Below, one piece after another: positions 11,209-20,737 of a DNA stretch of 64,000 nucleotides. Origin of the DNA: Andalucia godoyi And28 (taxonomy: Eukaryota > Protista > Jakobida); contig VRVR01000021.1 in NCBI GenBank assembly GCA_009859145.1, positions 195,507 through 259,506 on the forward strand. Reading direction: 5' to 3'. Every line of letters begins with the position of its first letter. Within the stretch, counting starts at the first letter, position 1. Under the pieces are notes generated by a model. The model was not told the DNA's origin and made no database searches. It saw nothing but the letters and a program-made list of their open reading frames with translations. The translations under genes were made by a program, and so were the position numbers.

Positions 11209-12138
11209 TCTTTCTTCTGTGGAGCGTTGTGCGGAGGGTGAGGCAGACGACACCAATGAGCTTAAAGCCTTGTAAAGAAGACGAAAACCAAAAAGCAAAA
11301 AGACAAAACACGAATGAATTTCATTATATAAGCATTTTTGGGTTTTCGTGCAAAAAAGAAATCGTCCAACTACAGCCGTTGATACTTGCAGTTTCCAAGT
11401 CATCCTACGACAGAACGATGATTATGGTTTTGCCCCTGGACAATTGAGTCGTAGGATCGATAGTCATGCAGCATTGCAATAGTATTGATGCAGTGTATCA
11501 CGGGCAGATAAAAGAGTTCATATATATATATATATATAATGTATGTGTGTGTGTGTGAATAAATGAGAGTGAGGATTTACACAGCTTTTCCTGGATGAAA
11601 CTTGGAGAGAAATGCAAGCGTCAAGAGATGGGAAAAATCTGAGAAGAAAACATCATGGTCTAGCTCCCCGTCTGGATTCTTATAGACATTAAAAGTACAA
11701 AAGACCCTTAAAGAGAGCGTCCTTATCAAGAAAAGGAAAAGGAGAAAAAGAAAACAAAAGAAATACTAACAGAAGAAGTAAGCGAAAAGCGAAAAAATGA
11801 GGGAAATAAGCGAAATGGAGACACTTTGGAAGATTGCACGTTTGTCCTTGCAACTTTAAGTAATTCACCCCCCCGTTTTTTTATTTAATATTTTTTTACA
11901 GGCGGGAAAGCAGTCGGACAAGGCAGCGAGTGCCAGACGTGCGAAGGAACATAGCAAACGAGGAAGAGGAAGGGCCGAAGAGGGAGATTAGGCAATTTAC
12001 AAGGTGAAAGGGTTGTTGTTGTTGTTGTTGTTGTTGTGAGAAAGAAGACGCAGGAGAAGAAGAAGGAGGAATGCAAGAGTAGGAAATTTTAGACTGTGCA
12101 GCTGGGTGATGATGGATTCTGGGATGGCTTGGAAGGAC

Positions 12139-12501
12139 CTATTTCGGAGGGGCCGCTCCAGAGACGGCTCGATCTGCGAGATAATCCGGCTGTGCAAGAT
12201 GAATTCCACGTTCTGCAAGTGGAATGGAGAGATCGCCCGGCGTCAGGACAACCGCCGCTTCCTTTTTCGACGTTCTCTTGTCTCGGTTCCGCGCATTCTG
12301 GATCGCCTCGTTGGAGATTTCAGAAATGTACTTTCGCGCCGCGAGTGCAATCAGCTTACGCACTACAGGATCCTCCGTCTCAAATCCAGCTTCCGCAAGC
12401 AAGTCGCACAGTACACCATCCGGAAGCTCGGGCTGGTACTCTTGAAGCTCCTTCAAAAGTTCCACAAGCGCACTCTTTTCCTTTTCCGCAGCTGCTGCCA
12501 T
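12139..12501 (-). CDS. TAF10: TFIID subunit TAF10
   Basis: LQEYQPELPDGVLCDLLAEAGFETEDPVVRKLIALAARKYISEISNEAIQ...VLTPGDLSIPLAERGIHLAQPDY histone-fold pattern. Confidence 0.92.
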   Translation of the reverse strand: MAAAAEKEKSALVELLKELQEYQPELPDGVLCDLLAEAGFETEDPVVRKLIALAARKYISEISNEAIQNARNRDKRTSKKEAAVVLTPGDLSIPLAERGIHLAQPDYLADRAVSGAAPPK

Positions 12502-12818
12502 CCCCTGTGTTTGTGTTTGTGTGTGTGCGTGTGTGGGCGGAGAGTCCTTGTTAGTAGCCGGGCGGAAATGCAGTGCAATTGGAAAGCATCAGCAAACATT
12601 TGCATATACTGCATTTGACAAGAGCAAAACATACTTGTTTACTATCGGGCGTTTTGTTTGCTACAACAGTTGGTGGGAGCTGGTGTTTTCAGAAACGTCA
12701 GAATTCCAACGAGAATGCGTCGTTTGCGTTTCGCTGTCGAAACAGGAATGCATACATAAAGAAAGGAGAGAGAACAGTGATAGTGATAAGAAAGAGTTCT
12801 GAGAAGAGAGGGTGGGGA

Positions 12819-14504
12819 ATGTCGAGTATCAAGAGGTTTCATGAGAGGATTCAGGAGGAGAGCGATTGTCATGCGCTGCACGGCGATCGGGCAGATATAC
12901 GGTCTTTTCTGGTTCAGAGTGAGGAAGCCTTGAGCGTTGTGTCGCCGTCTGCGGAGCCCGAACAGGAAGAAGAAGAAGAAGTTGACGTGTGCCGACTGCG
13001 AATGATGTGCTGTGCTTGGGTGAGGCTGACGGAATCCTCGGGGCAGCTGCATGCATCAGTAGAAGACTGTTCCAGCGCACTGCAGAGATGGGAGGCACAG
13101 CTATTTTCGGTGCATCTGGCTCGGAACGGCGGACATCGATGGATCTGTCTTCAAGCAAAACACAGCTCGCCGGCTTATGTAGCAGCCGGGCCATCAGAAA
13201 GAAAGAGGAGACGTCTTCCACACATGACGGACTTTGCACTCTTGCTGAAGAATGTACTGGCTTGCGTGCTCGTTCCTCCGTTCCCGTATATTGCACCGGT
13301 TTCAAAAAAGGACCAAGCAGACGTTTTTGCTGTGCTCACCCAAGGACCGTGTGCGACTGAAGTTGTGATTCCGGCACACTGGGCAGCGAACCATCGGCAT
13401 TCAGTCACTCGACTTCGAAGTCAAATACCAAGTAAGCCAGCTCTGGATTCCGACGCCGACTTCACCGCAAACCGCACCGACAGTTCCACAAAACGAGACG
13501 AGTCTTCAGCAGAAGTTTCTGTTCGACAATCACAGTCCGTGCAGCAGCATCGACTGGTCGAGAATCTTGTGTCCTGCATCTCGAGCGCTTCCAAAGAACA
13601 AAAGACCAAGCTACGAGAAGCGCTGCTTGACGGCGGCGATATACCGAGCGAGAAATTAGTCTCAGCAGGCGGACAATCCGTGCTGCAGCAGCAGCAGCAG
13701 CAGCAGCAGGACAATGCGGAAACGTCTGTTGCAGCGTCTTCCAACAGCCGAGAAGGCCCTGTCGCGAAGACCATGATTGCTGCTATGGAGAATCCGAGCA
13801 GCGGAAATATGTGTCCGTGCTTCCGAGTATGGCTGTCCTCCATTGATGCTGCGCATCTTCCACCTGTCCTGGCGGTTGTTGAAGACCCTTGTGCAAAGGA
13901 GTATGGATGGGTGGTTCGAAAGAACCTGCTTCCTCTCTCACTGCATCCACTCTCCTATCCGCACATTGTTGCCCGACTGTGCGAAGCATTCAGTTCTTCT
14001 TTTTTACCGTTTTCCAGCGAATGCAGTTCCACTCAACCGCACACCCAGCAGCAGAAGCAGCAGCAACAACAACAGCAGCACCCACGCAGAGTCGAAGAAC
14101 CACTTTGCGAGTTTGAGCAAGAAATCATGAAAGACTTGGAAGAGAGCTTTATGCAATCGACATGGACGGCACCGTCCGTTGCAAATGCATACGGAAAGTT
14201 GGTTATGAAGCGTGTCGAAGAAATACGCAAATCCGATCTGCTTGCACTGTCGATCTCCATGGACCCTACCGTGCTGAACGGAGCAGGCATGCTGAAGCCG
14301 TCCAGGGCTCTCCAGATCCGAGATGCATGGGAATGGGTCAATCACAAAGCACAGCTGGATCAGGCTTTCAGACCTTTACGGAACGCAATGTTGGAAGCAG
14401 AAAGACGTCCCGAAGAAACCGACGCAGCCAGCACGCATCAGTCAACACACCAGAAGAACCTTACTGTGCAGACTGCCTCTCGCCAAAACACGAATCATTA
14501 TTGA
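12819..14504 (+). CDS. hypothetical protein (~560 aa, poly-Q tracts)
   Basis: Long ORF, divergent from TAF10. Start at MSSIKRF. No family recognised. Confidence 0.7.
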   Translation: MSSIKRFHERIQEESDCHALHGDRADIRSFLVQSEEALSVVSPSAEPEQEEEEEVDVCRLRMMCCAWVRLTESSGQLHASVEDCSSALQRWEAQLFSVHLARNGGHRWICLQAKHSSPAYVAAGPSERKRRRLPHMTDFALLLKNVLACVLVPPFPYIAPVSKKDQADVFAVLTQGPCATEVVIPAHWAANHRHSVTRLRSQIPSKPALDSDADFTANRTDSSTKRDESSAEVSVRQSQSVQQHRLVENLVSCISSASKEQKTKLREALLDGGDIPSEKLVSAGGQSVLQQQQQQQQDNAETSVAASSNSREGPVAKTMIAAMENPSSGNMCPCFRVWLSSIDAAHLPPVLAVVEDPCAKEYGWVVRKNLLPLSLHPLSYPHIVARLCEAFSSSFLPFSSECSSTQPHTQQQKQQQQQQQHPRRVEEPLCEFEQEIMKDLEESFMQSTWTAPSVANAYGKLVMKRVEEIRKSDLLALSISMDPTVLNGAGMLKPSRALQIRDAWEWVNHKAQLDQAFRPLRNAMLEAERRPEETDAASTHQSTHQKNLTVQTASRQNTNHY

Positions 14505-14810
14505 TCATCATCGGCTATGCTGTCACCGAAGACAGATCCAAAGCCGCATGTGTTTTGTTTTTTTGTTTTTTGGGGGCGAGTACCAACTCTTCAATGCAGA
14601 TTGCTTTGCATCAAAGGGGTCGTCGCAACCACGATTTTCTTGGTTCTCGGCATCGTCCGGCATGGCCGGTGCGAGTTTGTCGGGAAGATCCCTCTATGGA
14701 GCCATGAGATGCTTTGTCTTTGTCTTTGATGAGGTGGTGCTGCTTGAGGGTTCGATTATAGAAAACCAACATGTTGTTTGTCTGATTGATGCACAAAACG
14801 GTCAAACCGT
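14492..14810 (+). repeat. dispersed repeat family R1, copy A
   Basis: Aligns with 63564-63723 (same orientation) and with 29886-30328 (opposite orientation). Shared blocks include CTTGGTTCTCG, CATGGCCGG, GGAGCCATGAGATG, TGCAGATTGCT and GAATCATTATTGA. Confidence 0.92.
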
Positions 14811-15060
14811 CGACGATCCGCCATCAGAGCTGTTGTAATAAATTAAGAAGAAGGCTCGAGACTTGAGACTTGAGGCACCTTTTCAAGTGCTCTGCCTGAA
14901 AAAAACTGTTGTAGCAAAAAAAAGGCATTCAAGAACAAGAGGGATTTTCTTCCTATTCCGCAGAACAATGCAGTACAGAATTGCGTACTGCTGATTTGGT
15001 GAGTTACGGTGCTACTATGAGAATGCGCCCCTTCTTTGCGGTTCGGCGGGTATTGCAGAA

Positions 15061-16419
15061 ATGGGCATGTTCGAGGATGTGCGAGGTATTGCACTCGGTG
15101 CGTCGAACGCAAACGACATGTTTGAGCGCTACCGAGTTCTCTCTGCATCGACGTTCCAGCCAGATCCTCTACGGTCGGTCGAAACGCAGCACACTCGGTG
15201 TGTGTCGTGGATGGACCTCGACCGCGTGGAACAGCGGTACATGCTCGTGAGCAGTCTCGATAGGCACGTTCAGATATACGACACGTACTTTACAACCGAA
15301 GATCTGCAGAATAATCTGGTGTTTGCTTCTTCTGAGCAGCGAAAATCACATGTTCCGATTGCAGTTGCTTTTCCAAACAGCTTTTCATCCGGCATCTCGA
15401 GTTGTGCATGGCTCCCGTTTGACACTGGCATATTTTTGACTTCCTTGTTTGACGGAAACGTGTTAGTGTTCGATACAAATCGCTTGGAGTGCGTGATGAA
15501 GTTCAGTCTGAACAACAACAGCAGCAACAGCAAAAACAGCGGCGCGTCATCGTCGAAACGGACGCATGCGTATCACGTCTCTTTGAGCCACCACTCCGCT
15601 GCGAGACCGTTAGCGGCAATTTCTGTTGCAGGAACGGAGCCGTCTGTGCGAATCTGCGATTTGAATTCTGGCGCAGTGACTCATACTTTAACGGGGCATA
15701 CGGATGATGTATACATCACACAGTGGCATCCTGGCCGGGAATACGTGCTCGTTTCCTCGGGTCAAGACGGGACGGTTCGGTGGTGGGACATTCGAAGAGC
15801 AGGGTACATCCATGCGTTTGATGCAGAAGACACCGTGGCCACAGGTGAACTTGTGTCGTCTGCTGCGCCGCCGACAAAGCGCCCCCGGCTGATCAACTAC
15901 CGAGCCCCAAGGGCCCATGAAGGTCGTGTGAATGCGTTGAAGTTCACACCCGACGGACGATATCTCCTGACGTCCGGGTCCGACAAGCATGTGCGGCTAT
16001 GGTCCACTTCAAACTTTAAAAACCAGCTCGTTTCCTATCCTGGAATTCAGAACGACACAAAGCAGGTCGTCGAAATCGCGATGAATCCAGAAGGAACCGT
16101 CTTCTTCCATCCCAACTCCGATAGGAGAAAGAGAATTGTTGCATACGGGGTGCGCTCGGGTACACGAGTGTACACACAGGGACTCGTGGGGCACTATGGG
16201 ACACCAACGTGCTGCGTGTACCATCCATTGTTCGACTCGCTATGGTCTGCATCGACGTCCGATGAGATCTTGGTGTGGAACTCTCCGTTTTTCAAGACCG
16301 GGTCCGTCTGTGATGCGCCCGTGCCGCCTGCTCCATCTGCTTCTTCTTCTTTTGTGGGCCCTTCAGTTGTTCCAGCGGTTGCTGCAGAGCAAGATGCATG
16401 GTCCGATGACGAGACGTGA
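15061..16419 (+). CDS. ERCC8: DNA excision repair WD40 protein CSA/ERCC8 (Rad28)
   Basis: WLPFDTGIFLTSLFD, ICDLNSGAVTHTLTGHTD, QWHPGREYVLVSSGQDGTVRWWDIRRA, RAHEGRVNALKFTPDGRYLLTSGSDKHVRLW. Confidence 0.88.
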   Translation: MGMFEDVRGIALGASNANDMFERYRVLSASTFQPDPLRSVETQHTRCVSWMDLDRVEQRYMLVSSLDRHVQIYDTYFTTEDLQNNLVFASSEQRKSHVPIAVAFPNSFSSGISSCAWLPFDTGIFLTSLFDGNVLVFDTNRLECVMKFSLNNNSSNSKNSGASSSKRTHAYHVSLSHHSAARPLAAISVAGTEPSVRICDLNSGAVTHTLTGHTDDVYITQWHPGREYVLVSSGQDGTVRWWDIRRAGYIHAFDAEDTVATGELVSSAAPPTKRPRLINYRAPRAHEGRVNALKFTPDGRYLLTSGSDKHVRLWSTSNFKNQLVSYPGIQNDTKQVVEIAMNPEGTVFFHPNSDRRKRIVAYGVRSGTRVYTQGLVGHYGTPTCCVYHPLFDSLWSASTSDEILVWNSPFFKTGSVCDAPVPPAPSASSSFVGPSVVPAVAAEQDAWSDDET

Positions 16420-16599
16420 AGCGGTGATATCGTGCACTGAACCCTCCCCCCCCAAAAAAAAAAGACAGTCTCCTTTCCGTGCGTACTGTTATCATTGCTG
16501 GATCTGATTTCCACACCACTCCCCCCAGAGACCAACGATGCTGGCACTCTGCGTGAGCGTCGGGTCCTGCGTCCCGTGCATGGGGAAAATGGTGGCTCG

Positions 16600-17904
16600 T
16601 TAATTTTGGAGATTTCCCGCATTCGCATCTCTTCGGATTCGCTTTGCACGTTGCAACGCCAGCTTGAGGCCGGCTTCATGATTTTTCATATAGTCAACAA
16701 TACCTCCAAACGTGATTCTGGTGTGCGGATGGTCGATTTCGCAGCATTGTTGAATAAGATTCCAAAGATCCGGATGCAAGATGTTTTCGTTCTCATGCAA
16801 CCGCATTGGAAGAAAGTCATTTTTGAGAACAGGGTCTTTGAGCATTCTCAACACGTTCGCTGGATTGACGCAATGATTGCGCTCATTGCAGTTTGTGGAG
16901 AATTTCGTAAAGCAGTTTCGGATTTGGGCGAGCATGGAGCCAAATGCAAACACATCCGCCGCATACAGATTGACATACTGTAATTCGTCTCCGAGGTAGA
17001 CCACGAGCGGATCAAGTGCACGAAGGTGTCCTGCGACTGGAATTCCGAGGCATTTTTCACCTTCCCACAAACTCTTCTCTTGCGGCAGCTTGTACTGGTT
17101 TCTACAGATGATCCAGTCTGCGCACTGCGCATTTTTGTCAAGAAAGTCTCGCACATGCACAGCATGCGAGGTAAACTGTGAATTCCCAAAATCGATGAGC
17201 TTGACGATCATCTCTCGGTTGATCGTGTACTCCACGATGATGTTGCAGAGATCGAGATCACGATGCACAATACCGGCCTTGTGCAGCCTATCCATCTGAA
17301 TTGCAACCTCGAGCAGCACGTCATACATAGCGGTATGCGAAAACATGTTGGATGCACGTCCGTCGACCCTGTTGATGGGATTCAGAACGCAGTCAAGCGA
17401 CAAGCCATCCTTTCGATCCACATCGCATTGCATTGCAACTCCATACGTATTGGAGCTCGAGGTGTCCGACTGTTCAGAAAATACAGCCACAATCTTGTCG
17501 ATCGGTATCTCCGGAATGTATGTTTCGATGTACTTTCGAATAACGACCTCGGTCAGAAATGAACGGAACGACGATTTTGACGCTCGGCTCTTCAGCCGTT
17601 TGGACTCCTTCACAATGTGAAACACATCGTCTGGAGATTTCATCAGCGAGACGCGTCCATAGGAACCAACCCCAAGTTCCTTGACATGCAGAAAATTAGG
17701 TTTAATCGACGACACTACCGGAAGAGAAAGCTGAACCAACGTGCGAATGAACCCATCGGCATCGTCGTCACTCTCGCCCGCCAGAGCATCTTCCTTCAAG
17801 CCCAGATACTCTGGAATGACAGCATTCGAATCAGGAGCCATATGCATACCTGGATAAAGACGCAGCAAGAGTGAAAAACACCGCGTCGCAAAAGCGTCAG
17901 ACAT
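16600..17904 (-). CDS. Ser/Thr protein kinase (divergent); possible upstream exon 18355-18181
   Basis: LGVGSYGRV, HIVK, HRDLDLCN, IDFGN, DVFAFG. A phase-1 GTATGT donor at 18180 could join a phase-1 CCAG acceptor at 17850 (331-nt intron). Confidence 0.82.
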   Translation of the reverse strand: MSDAFATRCFSLLLRLYPGMHMAPDSNAVIPEYLGLKEDALAGESDDDADGFIRTLVQLSLPVVSSIKPNFLHVKELGVGSYGRVSLMKSPDDVFHIVKESKRLKSRASKSSFRSFLTEVVIRKYIETYIPEIPIDKIVAVFSEQSDTSSSNTYGVAMQCDVDRKDGLSLDCVLNPINRVDGRASNMFSHTAMYDVLLEVAIQMDRLHKAGIVHRDLDLCNIIVEYTINREMIVKLIDFGNSQFTSHAVHVRDFLDKNAQCADWIICRNQYKLPQEKSLWEGEKCLGIPVAGHLRALDPLVVYLGDELQYVNLYAADVFAFGSMLAQIRNCFTKFSTNCNERNHCVNPANVLRMLKDPVLKNDFLPMRLHENENILHPDLWNLIQQCCEIDHPHTRITFGGIVDYMKNHEAGLKLALQRAKRIRRDANAGNLQN

Positions 17905-18761
17905 TGTTTTGGAAGACGTACACGTTGTAGACCGCAGAGAAAAAGCATAAATATATGTGTTGAGCATCGATAAGCTAGAGTATACATACAGAGAAAATGA
18001 TGGTGATAAATGCTTCGTGTCCAATTTCGCAAACACGGTTCCACTATGTGTTAAAAAAAAGAAAAAGAAGGGGGATTCGAAAGAGGATGACCGGGTGAGT
18101 ATTGTCTAATCCACACACGCACACTCGTCTTCGGTAGTTCGGTTTAAAAGGACGGAAACACAGGAAGAGAAGGGACATACCGTCTACTGGTGTAGAGAGT
18201 CGAGAGAAACCACAATGCTCGGTCAGTGACCGACGAGGAACGACTGCTGGAGGATAGTATGCCGGGAGCTTCACTTCTTTTCTCTCGACATTAGCTGGCC
18301 GTTTTACTCGTACTTCCTCCATCATTCTGTTGATTTTTTCTTCTTCTTCACACACTTCTTATGCTCAATGACATGAACGCGAGCAGGCATTTCAAGACAA
18401 GAGCGGAGGGGGAAAAAAATCAAGACAAACGAACAGAAGACAAAACACGAGAAAGATGGAGGAGGCCGTTCGCGCCAAAAATGAGAGTGGCCACTACGAC
18501 TGCCTCGCTGTCTGTGGCTGCAGCAAAAGAGAGGTCAATTTGCTTCACATTTGGTGTCATTGCATCCTCGAACGTACAGCCTCCATGGATCGACCGACGA
18601 GAAACAAGCAAGTAAAATAGACATAAACCAGTGCTTGTTTCTGTCGTCTTTATTTTCTTCTGTTTCTTCTTCTCTGTCGTTTCACTGCCAAGAAAAGGAG
18701 GGTAGGAAAAAAACAAAAACAAAAAAAGAAAGAGCAACACAAGCACACCAGCATAGTACGT

Positions 18762-19640
18762 ATGGCAACAGCATCGCAGAGACTTCACGAGGCGTTCGAT
18801 GAAGCGCATCTTCCTCTAAAGGTAGCACACTCCACAGCGGAATTTTCTTCGCGTCGTGGTCAAATGAGCGCGACAAGCTCCTTCATGATGGATATTCGAA
18901 AAGAAAAGTCAAAGGGAAAAAACGAGTTTGCACAAAAGTTCGTGATTCATCCAGGGGGCGCGTCGATCGACATTGTGGATACGGATGCTGCGTTGCGTCA
19001 GCTGATCCTCAAGGTGAACGAAGGGGAGGAAGGAGTGCCATCCTTCATCACGTTTGAAACTCGACAGTGGAATTCGACTACCAGGAAGTTCATGACCCGA
19101 ATGAACAAACAGGAAGTACAAGCATCGTCTCGCCGATTCTTGATTGGAATGGACGAACTGCATTGCTTCTTTGCGGAGCTTCCAAAGAATTCCCGCTGCG
19201 ACACCATCAAGCATGCGCACGAAGCTCTCCGACCCAAGGAGCTCCGAAACACATCCGAGTACAAGCGTCAAGGAGAATGGTTCCTCGTTCCCGTGCACGA
19301 TTCGCAGCTTCTTCAGAAACTGGAAACCATCGTCTCTTCGCACGCGAGGAGAGCTGAAGTCCTTTCCAGTTCCGTTAACACACGCGCACTCGACGGAGCA
19401 AATACTTCTACAAGTGCGTACTATCGGAATACGGGGCTTCGGGGAGGCGCTGGGAAGTGGCCTGGGAAGGGCCGACCGCACGTTTGTTCCGAAGTTCTGC
19501 ATTGGAATCAAATGGAGTTCTGCCGCGGATCCTTGCAGCACCCTGATCATCGCACCCGAAGCCTCAGCAACTGGCATCGAGTGTTTCGAAACACCGAGGA
19601 GGCAACCGCAGATGTCAAGGGCCAGTCATGGGTTGACTAG
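18762..19640 (+). CDS. uncharacterised protein resembling a bacterial RQGEWF-motif family
   Basis: FLIGMDELHCFFAELP, HEALRP, RQGEWFLVP, GRPH, RGSLQHPDHRT..LSNWHRVFRNTE, C-terminal WVD. Intronless. Confidence 0.8.
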   Translation: MATASQRLHEAFDEAHLPLKVAHSTAEFSSRRGQMSATSSFMMDIRKEKSKGKNEFAQKFVIHPGGASIDIVDTDAALRQLILKVNEGEEGVPSFITFETRQWNSTTRKFMTRMNKQEVQASSRRFLIGMDELHCFFAELPKNSRCDTIKHAHEALRPKELRNTSEYKRQGEWFLVPVHDSQLLQKLETIVSSHARRAEVLSSSVNTRALDGANTSTSAYYRNTGLRGGAGKWPGKGRPHVCSEVLHWNQMEFCRGSLQHPDHRTRSLSNWHRVFRNTEEATADVKGQSWVD

Positions 19641-19655
19641 TCAGCTCATCCCTCC

Positions 19656-19658
<3 letters not shown>

Positions 19659-19750
<92 letters not shown>
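19659..19750. repeat. (TC)n microsatellite
   Basis: About 46 perfect TC units. Confidence 0.98.
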
Positions 19751-19753
<3 letters not shown>

Positions 19754-20349
19754 CTCGCTCGCTCGCAACAAAGCAGAATTGCGGACGGACGATACCAAAT
19801 CAAAGTGAATTAAGAGCAAAAAGAGAGAACCGAGAAATTGTGAGAAGTGAGGGAGATTTTCGTTTTTATTTAGTTCTAATCGGATGAGGGGAAAAACAGA
19901 CGCTACGTTAGGGGGACTTTCAAGCATTTTGTCAAAGATGATGAAAACGAAATACAAAAACACAATAAGTTCTGTCCGCTTTCTTTGTCCAATTACAACT
20001 GCTGTACACTTCTCGCAGCAACAAGCTTCTTGTAGCTGCACTTGATGCTAGATTCTCTCTACAGATTTTTCCGCCTCCCTTTTTGGGATTAACGCTCATT
20101 TGCCCATTTGTGGTATTCCGACTCGATGTTTGGTGTTTTTAAATTATTGTTATTATTATTTTCCGGGGGAAAAACAACATATTCATGAATTTATGTTTTC
20201 TTTTTTTTTAAATTCACTTTAATTATCCATTAAAGGAGTAGACAGAAAAGGAGAAAAAAGGAGAGGAGGGAAAAAGAAAGGAAAGGAAAAACAGGTAGGA
20301 GTCGCGGAAGGAATTGAAAAGCGAAAAACAACAGGAGAATTTGGAGTGA

Positions 20350-20592
20350 ATGGCTGAGGCGCGCGAAGAGCAATTTGTAGATCCCGAGGATGTCCCTGCC
20401 GAGTTCGATCGGTCGAGTTTCATGTCGTATGTGCGTCTATCCAAGGAAAAAGGTGCGCTGATTGGCGTTGCGTTTCTGGTTATCACTACAGTTATCATGG
20501 CAATCATTCTTTCCCAAACGTCACATGCATCGGGCTCTTCATCCTCAGATTCCAAAGTCAATGCCACTGCTGCTGCTCTACTAGACTTTTAA
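20350..20592 (+). CDS. small single-pass membrane protein (80 aa)
   Basis: Clean ATG ORF between AT-rich spacers, with an acidic N-terminus and one TM segment (ALIGVAFLVITTVIMAIILS). Confidence 0.6.
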   Translation: MAEAREEQFVDPEDVPAEFDRSSFMSYVRLSKEKGALIGVAFLVITTVIMAIILSQTSHASGSSSSDSKVNATAAALLDF

Positions 20593-20737
20593 TCATCAGC
20601 GTCATCAACATCTCCATGTCACTTCCTTTCCCCCCTTCCTCATTCAATCCCAGAGCGTTGCAATAAATGAACAACACAATGGACTTACAACGGCCAGCGA
20701 CAATCCAAGGATTGAACACCGTGCTTGTTTTACTTCT

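Noticed and set aside
11760-12010. TACTAAC and TTTTACAG acceptor-like signals with a short plus-strand ORF in the PP2C/TAF10 spacer
   Set aside because: I could not assemble a coherent gene model; unresolved.
14611-14776. SECIS possibility for R1 in 3' UTR positions
   Set aside because: There is no AUGA/AAR/GA geometry and no in-frame UGA in the adjacent genes.
19646-20041. ORFs with RERERE/LSLSLS runs (also 46383-46658, 50482-51050) and poly-I/Y/L ORFs at 61605-62065
   Set aside because: These are translations of microsatellites.
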